Assembly: GCA_043811375.1 (NCBI GenBank)
Contig: JBDRNJ010000064.1
Span: forward strand, 72,749 to 136,748
Direction: 5' to 3'
DNA from: a bacterium
GTDB lineage: Bacteria; Zixibacteria; MSB-5A5; GN15; FEB-12
Length of the DNA stretch: 64,000 bases
Below, piece after piece: positions 1-10,401 of this stretch. A model generated the notes under the pieces. The model ran no database searches. It was not told where the DNA came from and was given only the letters and a program-made list of their open reading frames with translations. Every line of letters starts with the position of its first letter. The stretch's first letter is position 1. The position numbers and the translations under genes are program-made.

Positions 1-1294
1 TCCCGGCCCACAGGTGAATATCATCGGCAACCTGAATCAACTGCGGTGTGATGCGCACCCGGTCAGTATCTCCGGACTTGTCCCAGCGAATAGTGCCTTC
101 AAGGACGTAATCTACCCCCAACTCTTTGGCTATTACAGGTAGTGTCTTATCTGAGCTTTTGTAGGCGTAGGCGCTGGTGCGGGAGATTACACCCAGATTG
201 TGAACCATGGCCAGACGGGAAGTGATTTCGTCGGTCATTCCATCGGCGAAATACTCATCCTTCGGATCACCCAGATTCTCAAACGGCAGTATCGCCAGCA
301 TGATTTTCTCTGGTTTGTCGGAGGCGGTGTCAGATATCCACGGTTGCCATACAATCAACACCAGCACCAGAGTGGCCAATACGATCCATACCACCCATAG
401 GTTTAACCACCCTTTTTTGACTGGTGTGGATATGAGGGTTAGCCGTTTCAGATCAGCCAGCATCCCATCGGCATGCTGGTAGCGCAGCGATGAGTCTTTG
501 GAAAGTGCTTTGTTGAGTATCTGCTGAAGTTCACCAGTTTCGCCTGATTTATAACGAGCAACCGGTTCCGGAGTTGCGTCCGTGATTGAGCGAGCAACCG
601 CCGTTTCGGTGTCCCCCTCGAACGGACGGCGTCCAGTCAGCATCTCATAGAGAATTACTCCTACTGAAAAGATATCCGAGCGAAGATCGACCTGTTTCCC
701 TTCCACCTGTTCCGGAGACATATATCCGATGGTTCCGAGTGTCGAACCGGTTTTGGTCAGCTTCTCTTCACCGGAAACCGTCGCGAGGCCGAAGTCAAGA
801 ATGCGGGCGCGGCCCTCACTGTCGATAACAATGTTACTTGGCTTGATGTCACGATGGACTACGCCGGAGTCATGCGCTTTGTGCAACCCTTCGCAGATCT
901 GCATGGTCAGGCCAATAGCTTCTGAGACCGTGAGCTTGCCCTGTTTGATGGTATCTCGAAGGGAATGCCCCTCTATATGCGCCATTGCAAAGAACGGCCG
1001 TCCCTTGAAATCTCCTACTTCGTAGACGGGAGCGATATTGGGATGATCCAGTTTTGCCGCCGCTTGCGCCTCTCGCTTGAAACGCCTGCGACAGTCTTCA
1101 TCTTGACACAAATGCGGAGGCAGGAACTTCAGGGCGACATTACGATTGAGTTTGGTATCCTCAGCCAGATACACCTCACCCATGCCACCGGCGCCAATCT
1201 TGGAGATGATGCGATAGTGGCCGACCTTGGTGCCCTCGGTGAGAGTGACAAATGATCTGGTCTGATCTTCTCCGCTGGAATCCTGAGTCGTCAA
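1..1294 (-). CDS. Ser/Thr protein kinase with TM helix and TolB-N/FlgO-like domain (3' end runs off the window)
   Basis: Absent from the ORF track because there is no stop in the window. Manual translation from TTG 1294 gives MTTQDSSGEDQTRSFVTLTEGTKVGHYRIISKIGAGGMGEVYLAEDTKLNRNVALKFL, then HRDIKPSN, DFGLA, GTIGYMSPEQ, a TM segment and VLPFENL..DEYFADGMTDEITSRL. Confidence 0.93.
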   Translation of the reverse strand, partial: MTTQDSSGEDQTRSFVTLTEGTKVGHYRIISKIGAGGMGEVYLAEDTKLNRNVALKFLPPHLCQDEDCRRRFKREAQAAAKLDHPNIAPVYEVGDFKGRPFFAMAHIEGHSLRDTIKQGKLTVSEAIGLTMQICEGLHKAHDSGVVHRDIKPSNIVIDSEGRARILDFGLATVSGEEKLTKTGSTLGTIGYMSPEQVEGKQVDLRSDIFSVGVILYEMLTGRRPFEGDTETAVARSITDATPEPVARYKSGETGELQQILNKALSKDSSLRYQHADGMLADLKRLTLISTPVKKGWLNLWVVWIVLATLVLVLIVWQPWISDTASDKPEKIMLAILPFENLGDPKDEYFADGMTDEITSRLAMVHNLGVISRTSAYAYKSSDKTLPVIAKELGVDYVLEGTIRWDKSGDTDRVRITPQLIQVADDIHLWAG

Positions 1295-1437
1295 GAGCTA
1301 TCTACCCGGTTATCCACTGGTAATGCGTCTGCTTACCAGCAATATAGGGAAGATTCAATCTTGCGACAAACTTAAAAAAGCGCGGCTGCTTTCATTTGGT
1401 GAAAGCAACCACGTATTATCAGAATCAATGTTTTGAA

Positions 1438-2334
1438 TCAAGCCAGCGGCGGAGCTGTCTCGGTTGCTGCGGCCGGCTGTTGGCCGGAGTAGCCGGTTAT
1501 CTGCATGAATCCGAGTGTCCACATGGAACTGGCGAACGTTCCGGTAAACGCCGATGCCAGGATAATTACAATAATTGCCACGATAAGGCCCGGTATCAAC
1601 CCCAGCCACAGATCGGTGTAGCCGATAATGACGAATGGTATGGCTAGCACCAGGCAGCAGATTATCAGAATGCACCAGAGCACGAGTTGGGCCAGAAACG
1701 AGGAAATTGCCACCCCGATAGATTTACCGACATTGTTTTTCAGCATGTTCCAGCCCTTGCCCAGGGCGTCCAGCCATTTCTCGTCATAGAGTACGGCGTA
1801 CCGGATAGCCCAGCCTTCCACTGCCGTTGCGATAAATATGATTGCCACTAAGAACGGAATGGCCAGAACTGTCAGGACAATTCCCAGACCGACGGCGGCA
1901 ATATAAGCCGGGACAATCACCATCGCCATACAGAGGATTGCGAATATGGCTGCTAGAGTAGCCAGTAATATGATGCCGAAGAGCCGAAAGAACTTGTTCA
2001 GGCCGACCGACCAGCAGAGACCAAAATTGGTCGGTTGGTTCAGTTCCTTACCGACGATACCACGGATAAGAGCACTCTCCGAGAGAATACTCATTACCCA
2101 GAAGACGATCCAGAGCGCAAAAGCCGCCATCACAGCCATGATAATAAACGCCGGTTCAAAATCAATGGGGCAGAGGCCAAAGCGATCCCCCCAGTCACTG
2201 TCCTTGATAGCGTCGTCCCAGATGTGAGCACCGCCGTTGCCACCGCCGGCGGCTACGAAAAAGCCAAACAGCCAGAGAAACTTGTGCTTCCAGGCGTTAC
2301 TGAATGATCGATTCACCAGTGCCATGTAGTCCAT
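1438..2334 (-). CDS. Multi-pass membrane protein of unknown function
   Basis: Long ORF with several hydrophobic segments; GGAGG RBS before ATG 2334 (MDYMALV). Confidence 0.8.
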   Translation of the reverse strand: MDYMALVNRSFSNAWKHKFLWLFGFFVAAGGGNGGAHIWDDAIKDSDWGDRFGLCPIDFEPAFIIMAVMAAFALWIVFWVMSILSESALIRGIVGKELNQPTNFGLCWSVGLNKFFRLFGIILLATLAAIFAILCMAMVIVPAYIAAVGLGIVLTVLAIPFLVAIIFIATAVEGWAIRYAVLYDEKWLDALGKGWNMLKNNVGKSIGVAISSFLAQLVLWCILIICCLVLAIPFVIIGYTDLWLGLIPGLIVAIIVIILASAFTGTFASSMWTLGFMQITGYSGQQPAAATETAPPLA

Positions 2335-2636
2335 ATTTCCTCCACTCCGATTCAAGAAACCGTTATGGCTCGCTCGGTCATGCTTTCCCTGTCAGGAACG
2401 AACCGACCTGCTCCTCACTTACTTAATATACCATCACCATCGAACATAATTCAACAAAACATATTAGCCGGGGTTGGGGTTCGGTAATCTGCCCGGAAAG
2501 GCCGTTCTTAGCACGCCGGCATTGACAGCAATCGACCCTGGCGTAGTCACCAGTGTCCAAAGAAGGTCTTGTCAAAGGACATTCAGAAAAGTACATTTAT
2601 TGCAGTCAAAGGGACAGTCCAACAGTAAGGTAGAAT

Positions 2637-3128
2637 ATGTCTGAGAAGAAACTATCAGCATCGGAAATCGAGGTAGTGAAATTCCGTTCGAGTTACGCTC
2701 ACAAGTTTCGAGACATCAACTACGAATGGCTAGAAGAGTATTTCGAGATCGAACCCTATGACAGGATAGTGCTCAACGACCCGCAGAAGCAGATCATCGG
2801 GTTGGGAGGAGTGGTGTTTCTGGCTCAGGTGGCGGGGGAGATAGTGGGGACCGGGGCGCTGTTGAAACACACTCCCGTCAAGTATGAATTGGCCAAGATG
2901 GGTGTCGTTAAGAGTTTTCGTGGTCGTGGTGTCGGTCGCCGTCTGACAAACGAGGCTATTGTTCGAGCCCGTCGGTTGGGGGCGGAAACCCTGGTGTTAG
3001 CCACCAGCAAGCAACTTGAGGCCGCCAATCATCTTTACCAGTCGCTCGGTTTTGAATACGTTGATCTGTCGGTGATCGGCCCCTTACCGTACAAGCGCGA
3101 AACCATTGTCATGGCCCTGAAGCTCTAA
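2637..3128 (+). CDS. GNAT family N-acetyltransferase
   Basis: YELAKMGV, acetyl-CoA motif FRGRGVGRRL, and AANHLYQSLGF. Confidence 0.9.
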   Translation: MSEKKLSASEIEVVKFRSSYAHKFRDINYEWLEEYFEIEPYDRIVLNDPQKQIIGLGGVVFLAQVAGEIVGTGALLKHTPVKYELAKMGVVKSFRGRGVGRRLTNEAIVRARRLGAETLVLATSKQLEAANHLYQSLGFEYVDLSVIGPLPYKRETIVMALKL

Positions 3129-3192
3129 CGGACAGTATTCGCGCGTGCTCTTGGGAGTCAACCCCGCCGGGTTCGAGTATGCAAGAAGGCTG

Positions 3193-3513
3193 TTACTCGG
3201 CGTTGAGCAGATCGAAGGGATTAAAAATGCTCTTCATGACCGGATCAATCTCTTCCTTTCGATAGGCCCGGTAAGTTTGGGTCTTAACATTACCCAGGGT
3301 GCTCAGACTGTATGAGTGGGCCATGGCATCCTCTTCCTTGTTGACTTCGAAGATGTGGATCACGTCGTACGGTCCATTAGTCCAGAAAGTGTCAATTATC
3401 TTGATGCCCTGCTTCTCCGCCACTTTGGCGAATGCTTCCGCCCTGGCGGTGCTTTTACCCAGTGACCGGGCTCCTTCTTCGGTAAATGTCATCAGGGGAA
3501 TATACGTTGCCAT
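3193..3513 (-). CDS. GYD domain protein
   Basis: MATYIPLMTFTEEG...FWTNGPYDVI...LGNVKTQT pattern; GGAGG RBS before ATG 3513. Confidence 0.85.
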   Translation of the reverse strand: MATYIPLMTFTEEGARSLGKSTARAEAFAKVAEKQGIKIIDTFWTNGPYDVIHIFEVNKEEDAMAHSYSLSTLGNVKTQTYRAYRKEEIDPVMKSIFNPFDLLNAE

Positions 3514-4116
3514 GTTTCCTCCAGTGCCAAGATTAGATATTCCGGTTTTTTCCCGTGTCTTGGCTGCAGCCACGACAGAGAGAACTTATCCTGCAACTGA
3601 AATTAGGCGGTCAGGGCAGGTATGGCAAGAAAAACTATCGGTCCCGATTTCCGTTATCCGGCTGCCGGTGTTAGTAAATCACCCCGGGTTGCTGCTCGAC
3701 TGATTCGCTCCGAGTTTGGATTTCAGGAACGCCGGTACGCCCCATTGCAATGTAATACATAGTGGGACAACCACTTATATCTGTTGACGTGTGGCTGGTC
3801 GGTTCGGCGGGTCCGGCTGAAGGTGATTGACCTGAGAGTGAAGAAATAACCGGCAGCCATTGTACATTATCTAACCGATAGCCGCGAAACATTTTGTAAT
3901 TAACTCTGGACTTTGTTATTTAGAACCGATATATTTAGTGACCAAAACTGGTTTCTATCACTGCTTTTGCTGAGGCTTTGTTCTTTCAACTTAATCTCTG
4001 AAAAGGCTGAGTTTGGGAACCGACGCGCAATGGTGCGCTTAAACGGGTTTATCTCGACGAAAGCAGTCCCTGCGGGATGAGGTTTCGGGTGGGGATAAGC
4101 AAGACCGGAGTGTAGA

Positions 4117-4452
4117 ATGAACATCTACGTAGGTAACCTGTCGTTTGATACGACAGAAGAGCAATTACGTCAGGCGTTTGAGGGCTTTGGAGAAGTCTCG
4201 AGCATCAACATCATCAAGGACAAGTACACCGGCGAACCAAGAGGATTTGGTTTCGTGGAGATGCCCGACGGAGAACAGTCCCAAGCCGCTATCGCCGGCT
4301 TGAACGGTCAGGACTTGAACGGGCGTACGTTGAATGTTAACGAGGCACGCCCGCGCGCCGATAGAGGCGGCGGCGGCGGTGGTCGTGGTGGCGGTGGTGG
4401 CCGCGGCGGCGGCGGCGGTCGTGGCGGCAACCAGCGTCGTCGGACCTGGTAA
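4117..4452 (+). CDS. RRM (RNP-1) RNA-binding protein with Gly/Arg-rich tail, copy 1
   Basis: RNP2 IYVGNL, RNP1 RGFGFVEM, RGG tail. Confidence 0.95.
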   Translation: MNIYVGNLSFDTTEEQLRQAFEGFGEVSSINIIKDKYTGEPRGFGFVEMPDGEQSQAAIAGLNGQDLNGRTLNVNEARPRADRGGGGGGRGGGGGRGGGGGRGGNQRRRTW

Positions 4453-4499
4453 TGGATTTCGAGTTTACCGCTCGTAATTACGAAAACTTCATTTGTTAG

Positions 4500-4530
4500 A
4501 AGGAGACCGGCTTGAGCCGGTCTCCTTTGT
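4500..4530 (+). terminator. Intrinsic terminator after RRM copy 1
   Basis: Hairpin aaggagaccggct-tg-agccggtctcctt followed by T-rich sequence. Confidence 0.8.
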
Positions 4531-4970
4531 ATTTCTTGATTGTCGGTTTGGTAACCCGGATAATGCCAATTGTAGTCACCGTACTAAATGTATTCGGGCA
4601 ACAATCGGGACAGCTTTACTCGTCAACGTAATCAATTGTAATCCATGGACATACAGCTCTACAAGGGTAAATGGTGTGGTCGGAATGGATGCCGGGAAGT
4701 CTGCCCGGGGAAACCGGCAGGGAAAAATAGTTTATTGAAACTATGTTTATTGAAACTATTGACTTTATTACCATTAACCGATATAAACAACAGTTACATT
4801 TGGTTTCCGTCAATGCTTTTGTCGAGGCTTTGTTAAATTTCCTGTCAAATAATCGGTAAAGCTGAATCTGGGGACCGCCGCGCAATAGTGCGCATTAATA
4901 CGTTTGGCTTTACAGGCTTATCCTGCATGGCATAGAGTCTGTATCGGAACAAACAAGACCGGAGTGTAGA

Positions 4971-5279
4971 ATGAATATCTACATTGGCAACCTGTCGTAC
5001 GACACGACGGAAGAACAGTTACGTCAGGCGTTTGAAGACTTCGGAGAAGTCTCAAGCGTCAATATCATCAAGGACAAATACACCGGCGAATCAAGAGGAT
5101 TTGCATTCGTGGAAATGCCTGACGAAGATAAGGCTCAGTCGGCAATCACCGGTGTGAACACCCAGGAATTGAACGGGCGCACGTTGAATGTCAACGAAGC
5201 GCGTCCGCGCAATGACGACCGCGGCGACCGTGGTGGTCGTGGTGGTGGTGGCGGTGGTTATCGCCAACACAACTGGTAG
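4971..5279 (+). CDS. RRM (RNP-1) RNA-binding protein, copy 2 (tandem paralog)
   Basis: IYIGNL and RGFAFVEM; closely similar to 4117..4452. Confidence 0.95.
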   Translation: MNIYIGNLSYDTTEEQLRQAFEDFGEVSSVNIIKDKYTGESRGFAFVEMPDEDKAQSAITGVNTQELNGRTLNVNEARPRNDDRGDRGGRGGGGGGYRQHNW

Positions 5280-5328
5280 AAATGCCAACTGGTGTACCGG
5301 CAGGTACATCAGTGCTTGATACGATGTA

Positions 5329-5367
5329 AACGAGGTCGACTCCATGCCGACCTCGTTTTTTTGTTTC
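5329..5367 (+). terminator. Intrinsic terminator after RRM copy 2
   Basis: Stem aacgaggtcg...cgacctcgtt followed by a T run. Confidence 0.8.
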
Positions 5368-6063
5368 CTAACCTGGATGAATCTCCGCCCGGTGGCAGGT
5401 GACCGTGCCTGATGGTGGATACGACAATGGTAGTTCTATCCGGTGTCAGCCAGAGTCGGCTGACACCACAGAATGAACAAAGCCGTCTCCTATTATGTAT
5501 ATAAGTGCCGTCAGGTGACTCGAGGTTGTACCACAAGTCAGCTTTGAGTGCATTTAACGTTGCATCTAATAAATCGTCACTCGGTAAACCCGCGTAGCGG
5601 CGGGCTTTATGTCCGCCGGTGGCATCGCCACTTCTATTAGCGGGAGACAACCCCCCGCTCTACGCGCGTTAGAATAATTACCTTTTGGGACAGCCTCACT
5701 CTACCTGACGGCACCCGGTCAACCGCAACCGCCAGGAAAGGATTCCTGGCGGCGCTTTGTATCAACGTCATACTGAGCGGAGTCGAAATCGGGGGCAGGT
5801 CAAGGTCGTCAAGTTCAATTGTGGAGCAGGTCTCGGCTCCGATCAGATCGGCTACGACCTTGGCACCTTCTTCGATACAGCCGACATAGAACAGCATTTT
5901 CGCCAGGTGGAGTGCGACTGTTCGGTATTGCACCGGGCTGAGTCACATTATATTGACATGGTTTCCGTATCTGCCTAACTTGCGGGCCGGAGCCGATGGA
6001 CACCGTGGCGACCGGACCGGGTGGCGGTGTCAGATTGGTGAGTCGAGGCTCTGGGAGGAGGTC

Positions 6064-7278
6064 TTGCTGCACTATAGTCGACGACAGTTCCTGCGTGCGT
6101 CGCTGGGGGCTTCAGCCGGGTTGGTTGGGATCGGTCCGCTCCTGTCCGGGCTAGGGTGTACTTACCGCAGCAGACTGCCGGTCAGTCGCCCCGATCGGCG
6201 AGTACTGGCCGATCTTCATGTTCATGCTATGACCAACGCCTGGAATCGTACTACCCCTTTGGCGGTCAAGTATCCGGCCCTGGTGAGACTGGTGGAGAGA
6301 TTCGCCAACAAAACCGGCATGGACTGGGAGGATTGTCACGCTGCGGGTATCGATCTGATTTGTGTTGCTCATTTCAATGTTTTTGACGAATGGCTGTCGA
6401 TGCCAACCGACCCTAATCCGGAGGCACCGGTGAACACGTTGCGTATGATGGATCAGTTGGAGGAGGAGCTGAACGGCCCGACTCGGCCATACGCCCGGTT
6501 AGCGGTGAATCGCAGCGAACTGGGTGAATTGCTGAAGATTCCCAAGTCCAGCCCGGAGTATCGCATTGCAGTGATACATACTCTGGAGGGTGGTCATGCG
6601 CTGGGGGGTGATATAGCCTCTCTGGAGCAGTTCGCTCGGCGCGGTGTGGCGATGATCTGCCTGACGCACTTTTTCAACAAAGGAATTGCCTCGGCGGCCA
6701 ACGCCTATCCGTATTTCCCCGATGACAACAGCCGCCGAACGCACCAGGGGCTCAGCGGATTGGGTCGGGAAGTTGTGACTGAAATGGAGAGACTGGGAAT
6801 CATTGTTGACGTTACCCATGCCACGGCTACCGCGGTGGAGGATATTCTCAAGGCGGCCAAGCGACCACTGGTGGCCAGCCATTGCACCGCGCAGACTCTG
6901 AGTGATCATCCCTACTCGCTACTGGATGAACATATACAGCAGATCGCACACGACGGGGGTGTCGTTGGAGTCATTGTCGACCCGTATCTGCTTTCCAATT
7001 ACGCCACCGTTCATGACTCCGAACGGGGGGGTGGTCTCCGTGACGTTGTGCGAATGGTGCGCTACATTGTAAAATTGTGCGGCAACCACCGGCAGGTGGC
7101 TATCGGCAGCGATTTCGCCGGTTATATTGTAGCTCCCTCGGACATGGATCGGTTGAGCCAGATTGACCGCCTGAGTAGCATGCTGATGGATGAGTTCGGC
7201 AGCCGAAGTGTGGTCGAGGACATCATGGCCAACAACGTCATTGATTTCATCCAGACGAACTGGCGGGCAGGGGGCTGA
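6064..7278 (+). CDS. Membrane (renal-type, M19) dipeptidase family protein with Tat signal, possibly a lipoprotein
   Basis: SRRQFL Tat motif, LSGLGC lipobox-like motif, DLHVH, EGGH, DVTH, ASH, IGSDFAG. TTG start after GAGGAG; the ORF track extends it to 5953. Confidence 0.85.
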   Translation: MLHYSRRQFLRASLGASAGLVGIGPLLSGLGCTYRSRLPVSRPDRRVLADLHVHAMTNAWNRTTPLAVKYPALVRLVERFANKTGMDWEDCHAAGIDLICVAHFNVFDEWLSMPTDPNPEAPVNTLRMMDQLEEELNGPTRPYARLAVNRSELGELLKIPKSSPEYRIAVIHTLEGGHALGGDIASLEQFARRGVAMICLTHFFNKGIASAANAYPYFPDDNSRRTHQGLSGLGREVVTEMERLGIIVDVTHATATAVEDILKAAKRPLVASHCTAQTLSDHPYSLLDEHIQQIAHDGGVVGVIVDPYLLSNYATVHDSERGGGLRDVVRMVRYIVKLCGNHRQVAIGSDFAGYIVAPSDMDRLSQIDRLSSMLMDEFGSRSVVEDIMANNVIDFIQTNWRAGG

Positions 7279-7279
7279 G

Positions 7280-8938
7280 ATGGTCAAGCGCCTGGCGGTC
7301 TTATGTCTGATTTCGGCTCTGCTCTGTGGCATTATGGTTAATGCCGTTGAGACCGGGGAGGGAGAGGAACATCGTCTGCTGGGCGATTCGGTCTACCACC
7401 CGATTATGCGTCTGTGTGCCACGCCGCTGGCTGATGCGGCTTATCGAATTGGGAACGGACCGGGCAGCTTGATAGTGCCCGACACGCTGCATAACGGGCT
7501 TAGCTTCGGACAGTTGTGTTCCTTGAGTGCGGCGGATGATCTGGCCCGGGACCGGTTCCATGAAAGAGGCCGAACAGTGCTGCACCAACTGAGCCGGCTC
7601 ACCGCCGAGCGGATAGCTGCGGTCTGGCAGATCGTGTCGGTTGATGCGACCGACACGATCTGCTACCGGATTGCAAGTGGACGGAATTCGAGTCAGAATG
7701 TGCTGAGTTCGTATCTCCTGCACCATCTGATGGCGTTACGTTTGGCCGGAAGGACTGCCGACGGAGTTCTCTCGGAGCAACAAGGTCTGCTTCGCGCCCT
7801 GAGCTGGGAGGCTGCCGCTCAGGGTTTTCTGGTCGACGCCTTCTCGTCCGGACACCTGCTGGTCGATCAGCAGGACCCCTGGTGGCGGTGGCAGCGACGT
7901 AACCGGATCGAGGCGCACCACTACCATCGTGACCAGGGTGTGTACGTGATCAACTCCCGCGGCGATGTCTGGCGAACCTATGGTGACCGGCTGATGCACT
8001 GGCATGCTCCTGCCTACCGCGCGGTTGTTCAAGCCGGCCGGTCTTCGCTGCAGGAGGTCCTGGCAGTATTCTTTCTAATGTCAGGATTTGGTCTGCCAGA
8101 GCAGTTGAGTTCCTGGCTTGATTCCATGGCGCTCGAGATCTTACCGCAGCAGTGGGTGTCGTCGTGGCTGTTCCAACGGGCCGGGGCCGACTACTACGCC
8201 ACACTCCGTTTGCCGACGCTGTTGCTCTTGCCGATGCCGGTATCAGCCACCTGGAGTGTGCGCACTCAAGAGCGGGACGAGTACGGCGTCAGACGGCATC
8301 ATCACTTCCCGCAGTTGAGCGATCCGGGTCTGCATGATCCGGATCTGAGCGGTATCGACACCGAGTTTCTGTATCCACGCTCGGCTGTGCCGGAGTGGAT
8401 GATTCCGGTGCCGTTGCGGGGTGATCTGCCGCGCCCGGTGGACTCACTCATAAAGAACGATCCCGACTGGGCCTCAGTACGCTGGGTGCAGAATCGGTAT
8501 GCTCTTCCCAGCTACAAGGGGGCGCTGGTGCATCTCGGCGGACAGGTAACCAGCGTTAATGGTGCTTGGCGGTCGGGTGCATTGCTGGGTCTTGGTTACG
8601 GGTTCTGGGACGATCTGATTGTCGTGAAAAACGTTTCAGTCAGCGCTGTCCTTCAGAACTCTGCGATCGAATGGGGTAAGTTGCTGCTGGTGCCATCGGT
8701 GGGCGGTGGTCTGGCCACAGGTTCCGGACGGATAAAGGCTCTGCGGTTTGAAACCGGGCTGGCAATAGACTTAAGCTCAGACGGTCACGGTATCGGCAGT
8801 ATGGCAGCGATTGGTATTGACAGCCGCGTCTACGCGCTTCGATTCACCAACGCCGGTATATCATGGCGACTGAAATACCAGTGGTTTAATCTGAAAGGAC
8901 TGCGGCACGGTCCCTGCCTGGAACTGCTGCTGCATTGA
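7280..8938 (+). CDS. Secreted hypothetical protein with a Zn-PLC-like motif and a C-terminal beta-rich region
   Basis: Signal peptide MVKRLAVLCLISALLC; FLVDAFSSGH, HHYHRD and YGD motifs; starts 1 nt after the dipeptidase stop. Confidence 0.65.
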   Translation: MVKRLAVLCLISALLCGIMVNAVETGEGEEHRLLGDSVYHPIMRLCATPLADAAYRIGNGPGSLIVPDTLHNGLSFGQLCSLSAADDLARDRFHERGRTVLHQLSRLTAERIAAVWQIVSVDATDTICYRIASGRNSSQNVLSSYLLHHLMALRLAGRTADGVLSEQQGLLRALSWEAAAQGFLVDAFSSGHLLVDQQDPWWRWQRRNRIEAHHYHRDQGVYVINSRGDVWRTYGDRLMHWHAPAYRAVVQAGRSSLQEVLAVFFLMSGFGLPEQLSSWLDSMALEILPQQWVSSWLFQRAGADYYATLRLPTLLLLPMPVSATWSVRTQERDEYGVRRHHHFPQLSDPGLHDPDLSGIDTEFLYPRSAVPEWMIPVPLRGDLPRPVDSLIKNDPDWASVRWVQNRYALPSYKGALVHLGGQVTSVNGAWRSGALLGLGYGFWDDLIVVKNVSVSAVLQNSAIEWGKLLLVPSVGGGLATGSGRIKALRFETGLAIDLSSDGHGIGSMAAIGIDSRVYALRFTNAGISWRLKYQWFNLKGLRHGPCLELLLH

Positions 8939-8961
8939 TCAGTGGTAGGGTATCGGCCGGG

Positions 8962-10401
8962 TCACTCAATAGGCATCCGCAAGGTGACCGCCGTACCTGT
9001 TTGCGGTGTGCTGGATAAGTCGATCTTTCCGCTGTGGTTTTCCATGATCCGGTAACAGATCGAAAGCCCCAGCCCGGTACCCACTCCGACACCTTTGGTG
9101 GTGTAGCCGGGATCAAAAGCCTGCTGCAGTTCTTCGGGCCGCATCCCTTGGCCGGTGTCGGCAATTCGAATGACTGCCCAGTTTTCCTCCTGCCGCGTGC
9201 TGACGGTTATGGTTCCTTCGCGCTCGATTGCCTCGACCGAGTTTAGCAGCACATTCATGAGAATCTGGTTAAATTGACCCGGATAACAGTTCACCGAAGG
9301 CAGCTCTTGGAAGTCCCTGACGACGTGGATGTTCTTCTCGGTCGGCATAGGCAGAATCGTCAGTGAGCTCTCAATACCTTCATGCAGGTCGACCGGTTTG
9401 CGCTCAGCCTCGTCCAGACGGGCGAAATTGCGCAAAGCCCGGATGACGGAATCAATGCGATGGGTGGCCTCAAGCGTGACAGTGTTCATGTTCGACAGCA
9501 ATTGTATCGAACGCTGAAGGTCGCCGGTAGCAACTTCCTCGTCCGGGACAAATCCGCTCTCGAGAGCCCGGCAGGCGTTTTCCAGAGAGCGCGAGGCCAG
9601 GTGGGCGTTGGAATGAATGGCGCCCAGCGGTGTGTTGATCTCATGGGCGATGCCGGCTACCAGGCTGCCTATTGAGGCCATCTTGGCTGATTGTACCAGT
9701 TGAGCCTGAGTGTCGCGCAGTTTGCGATTGGTGACTGCTAACTGGCGACGAGCCAGATGCTGGTGGAAACGACTGCCATACAGAAGACAGCCAATACCAC
9801 AGGTGGCGAGCGCAAACAGCACCAAAAAGACGAGAGTTTCCAATGAGCTGGAAACCGATTGCCAGCCGGTCAGGGCGGGTAAGTACTCTACCGACAAAAT
9901 ATAGAGACCGAGAATGGTGGTGCTGATGGCCAGTGTCTGCCAGGCGCGGAAAGGGATCATCGCAGAAACAAACATCATCAGCGCCAGCCAACCGACGGTC
10001 AGAGAGATGTCAGCCCCGGCGATGTCATCGACGATAATGGCCTGACTGGATACAATGAGCATCACTGCGATAGTCAGGCGACCCCATCTGGCGCCCCAAC
10101 TGATTCTGGCCAACAACAGTGACACAACACCGAGGGTCACTATCAGCAACTTATCCCAGATCACTATAACGGTCTGGGGGGCGATCTGATCATAACGCAG
10201 GGAAAGCCGATTGTCGGCCAGCAGCAGATGCATCAGGGTGTATATGATGGGGATTGTAATGCCCAATATGCCGGCAGCGTGCATGCTGGTGGTCAGTGAC
10301 CGTAGAATGGTGGTGCGAAAAGTGAGGTCCTTTTCCGCGTCGTGCGGAGCCAGGAAGGGACGGCGAGTTTTTCTGCTGTCAGCGGATCGACTCATAATCA
10401 A
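8962..10401 (-). CDS. Membrane-bound sensor histidine kinase (NtrB/C4-dicarboxylate-like)
   Basis: Multiple TMs; H-box AHEINTP; N box; DTGQGM; GTGLGL. Confidence 0.92.
   Translation of the reverse strand: MIMSRSADSRKTRRPFLAPHDAEKDLTFRTTILRSLTTSMHAAGILGITIPIIYTLMHLLLADNRLSLRYDQIAPQTVIVIWDKLLIVTLGVVSLLLARISWGARWGRLTIAVMLIVSSQAIIVDDIAGADISLTVGWLALMMFVSAMIPFRAWQTLAISTTILGLYILSVEYLPALTGWQSVSSSLETLVFLVLFALATCGIGCLLYGSRFHQHLARRQLAVTNRKLRDTQAQLVQSAKMASIGSLVAGIAHEINTPLGAIHSNAHLASRSLENACRALESGFVPDEEVATGDLQRSIQLLSNMNTVTLEATHRIDSVIRALRNFARLDEAERKPVDLHEGIESSLTILPMPTEKNIHVVRDFQELPSVNCYPGQFNQILMNVLLNSVEAIEREGTITVSTRQEENWAVIRIADTGQGMRPEELQQAFDPGYTTKGVGVGTGLGLSICYRIMENHSGKIDLSSTPQTGTAVTLRMPIE

Noticed and set aside
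200..1255. Plus-strand ORFs over the kinase, and similar overlapping ORFs across the window
   Set aside because: Antisense or out-of-frame shadows of well-supported genes.
3150..3185. gggttcgagt resembling a tRNA T-loop
   Set aside because: No cloverleaf, acceptor stem or CCA; probably a hairpin between convergent genes.
4365..4428. GGC/GGT tandem repeats
   Set aside because: They encode the Gly/Arg-rich RRM tail.
5637..5933. 98-aa minus-strand ORF
   Set aside because: No recognisable motif or clear RBS; may be real but is unsupported.
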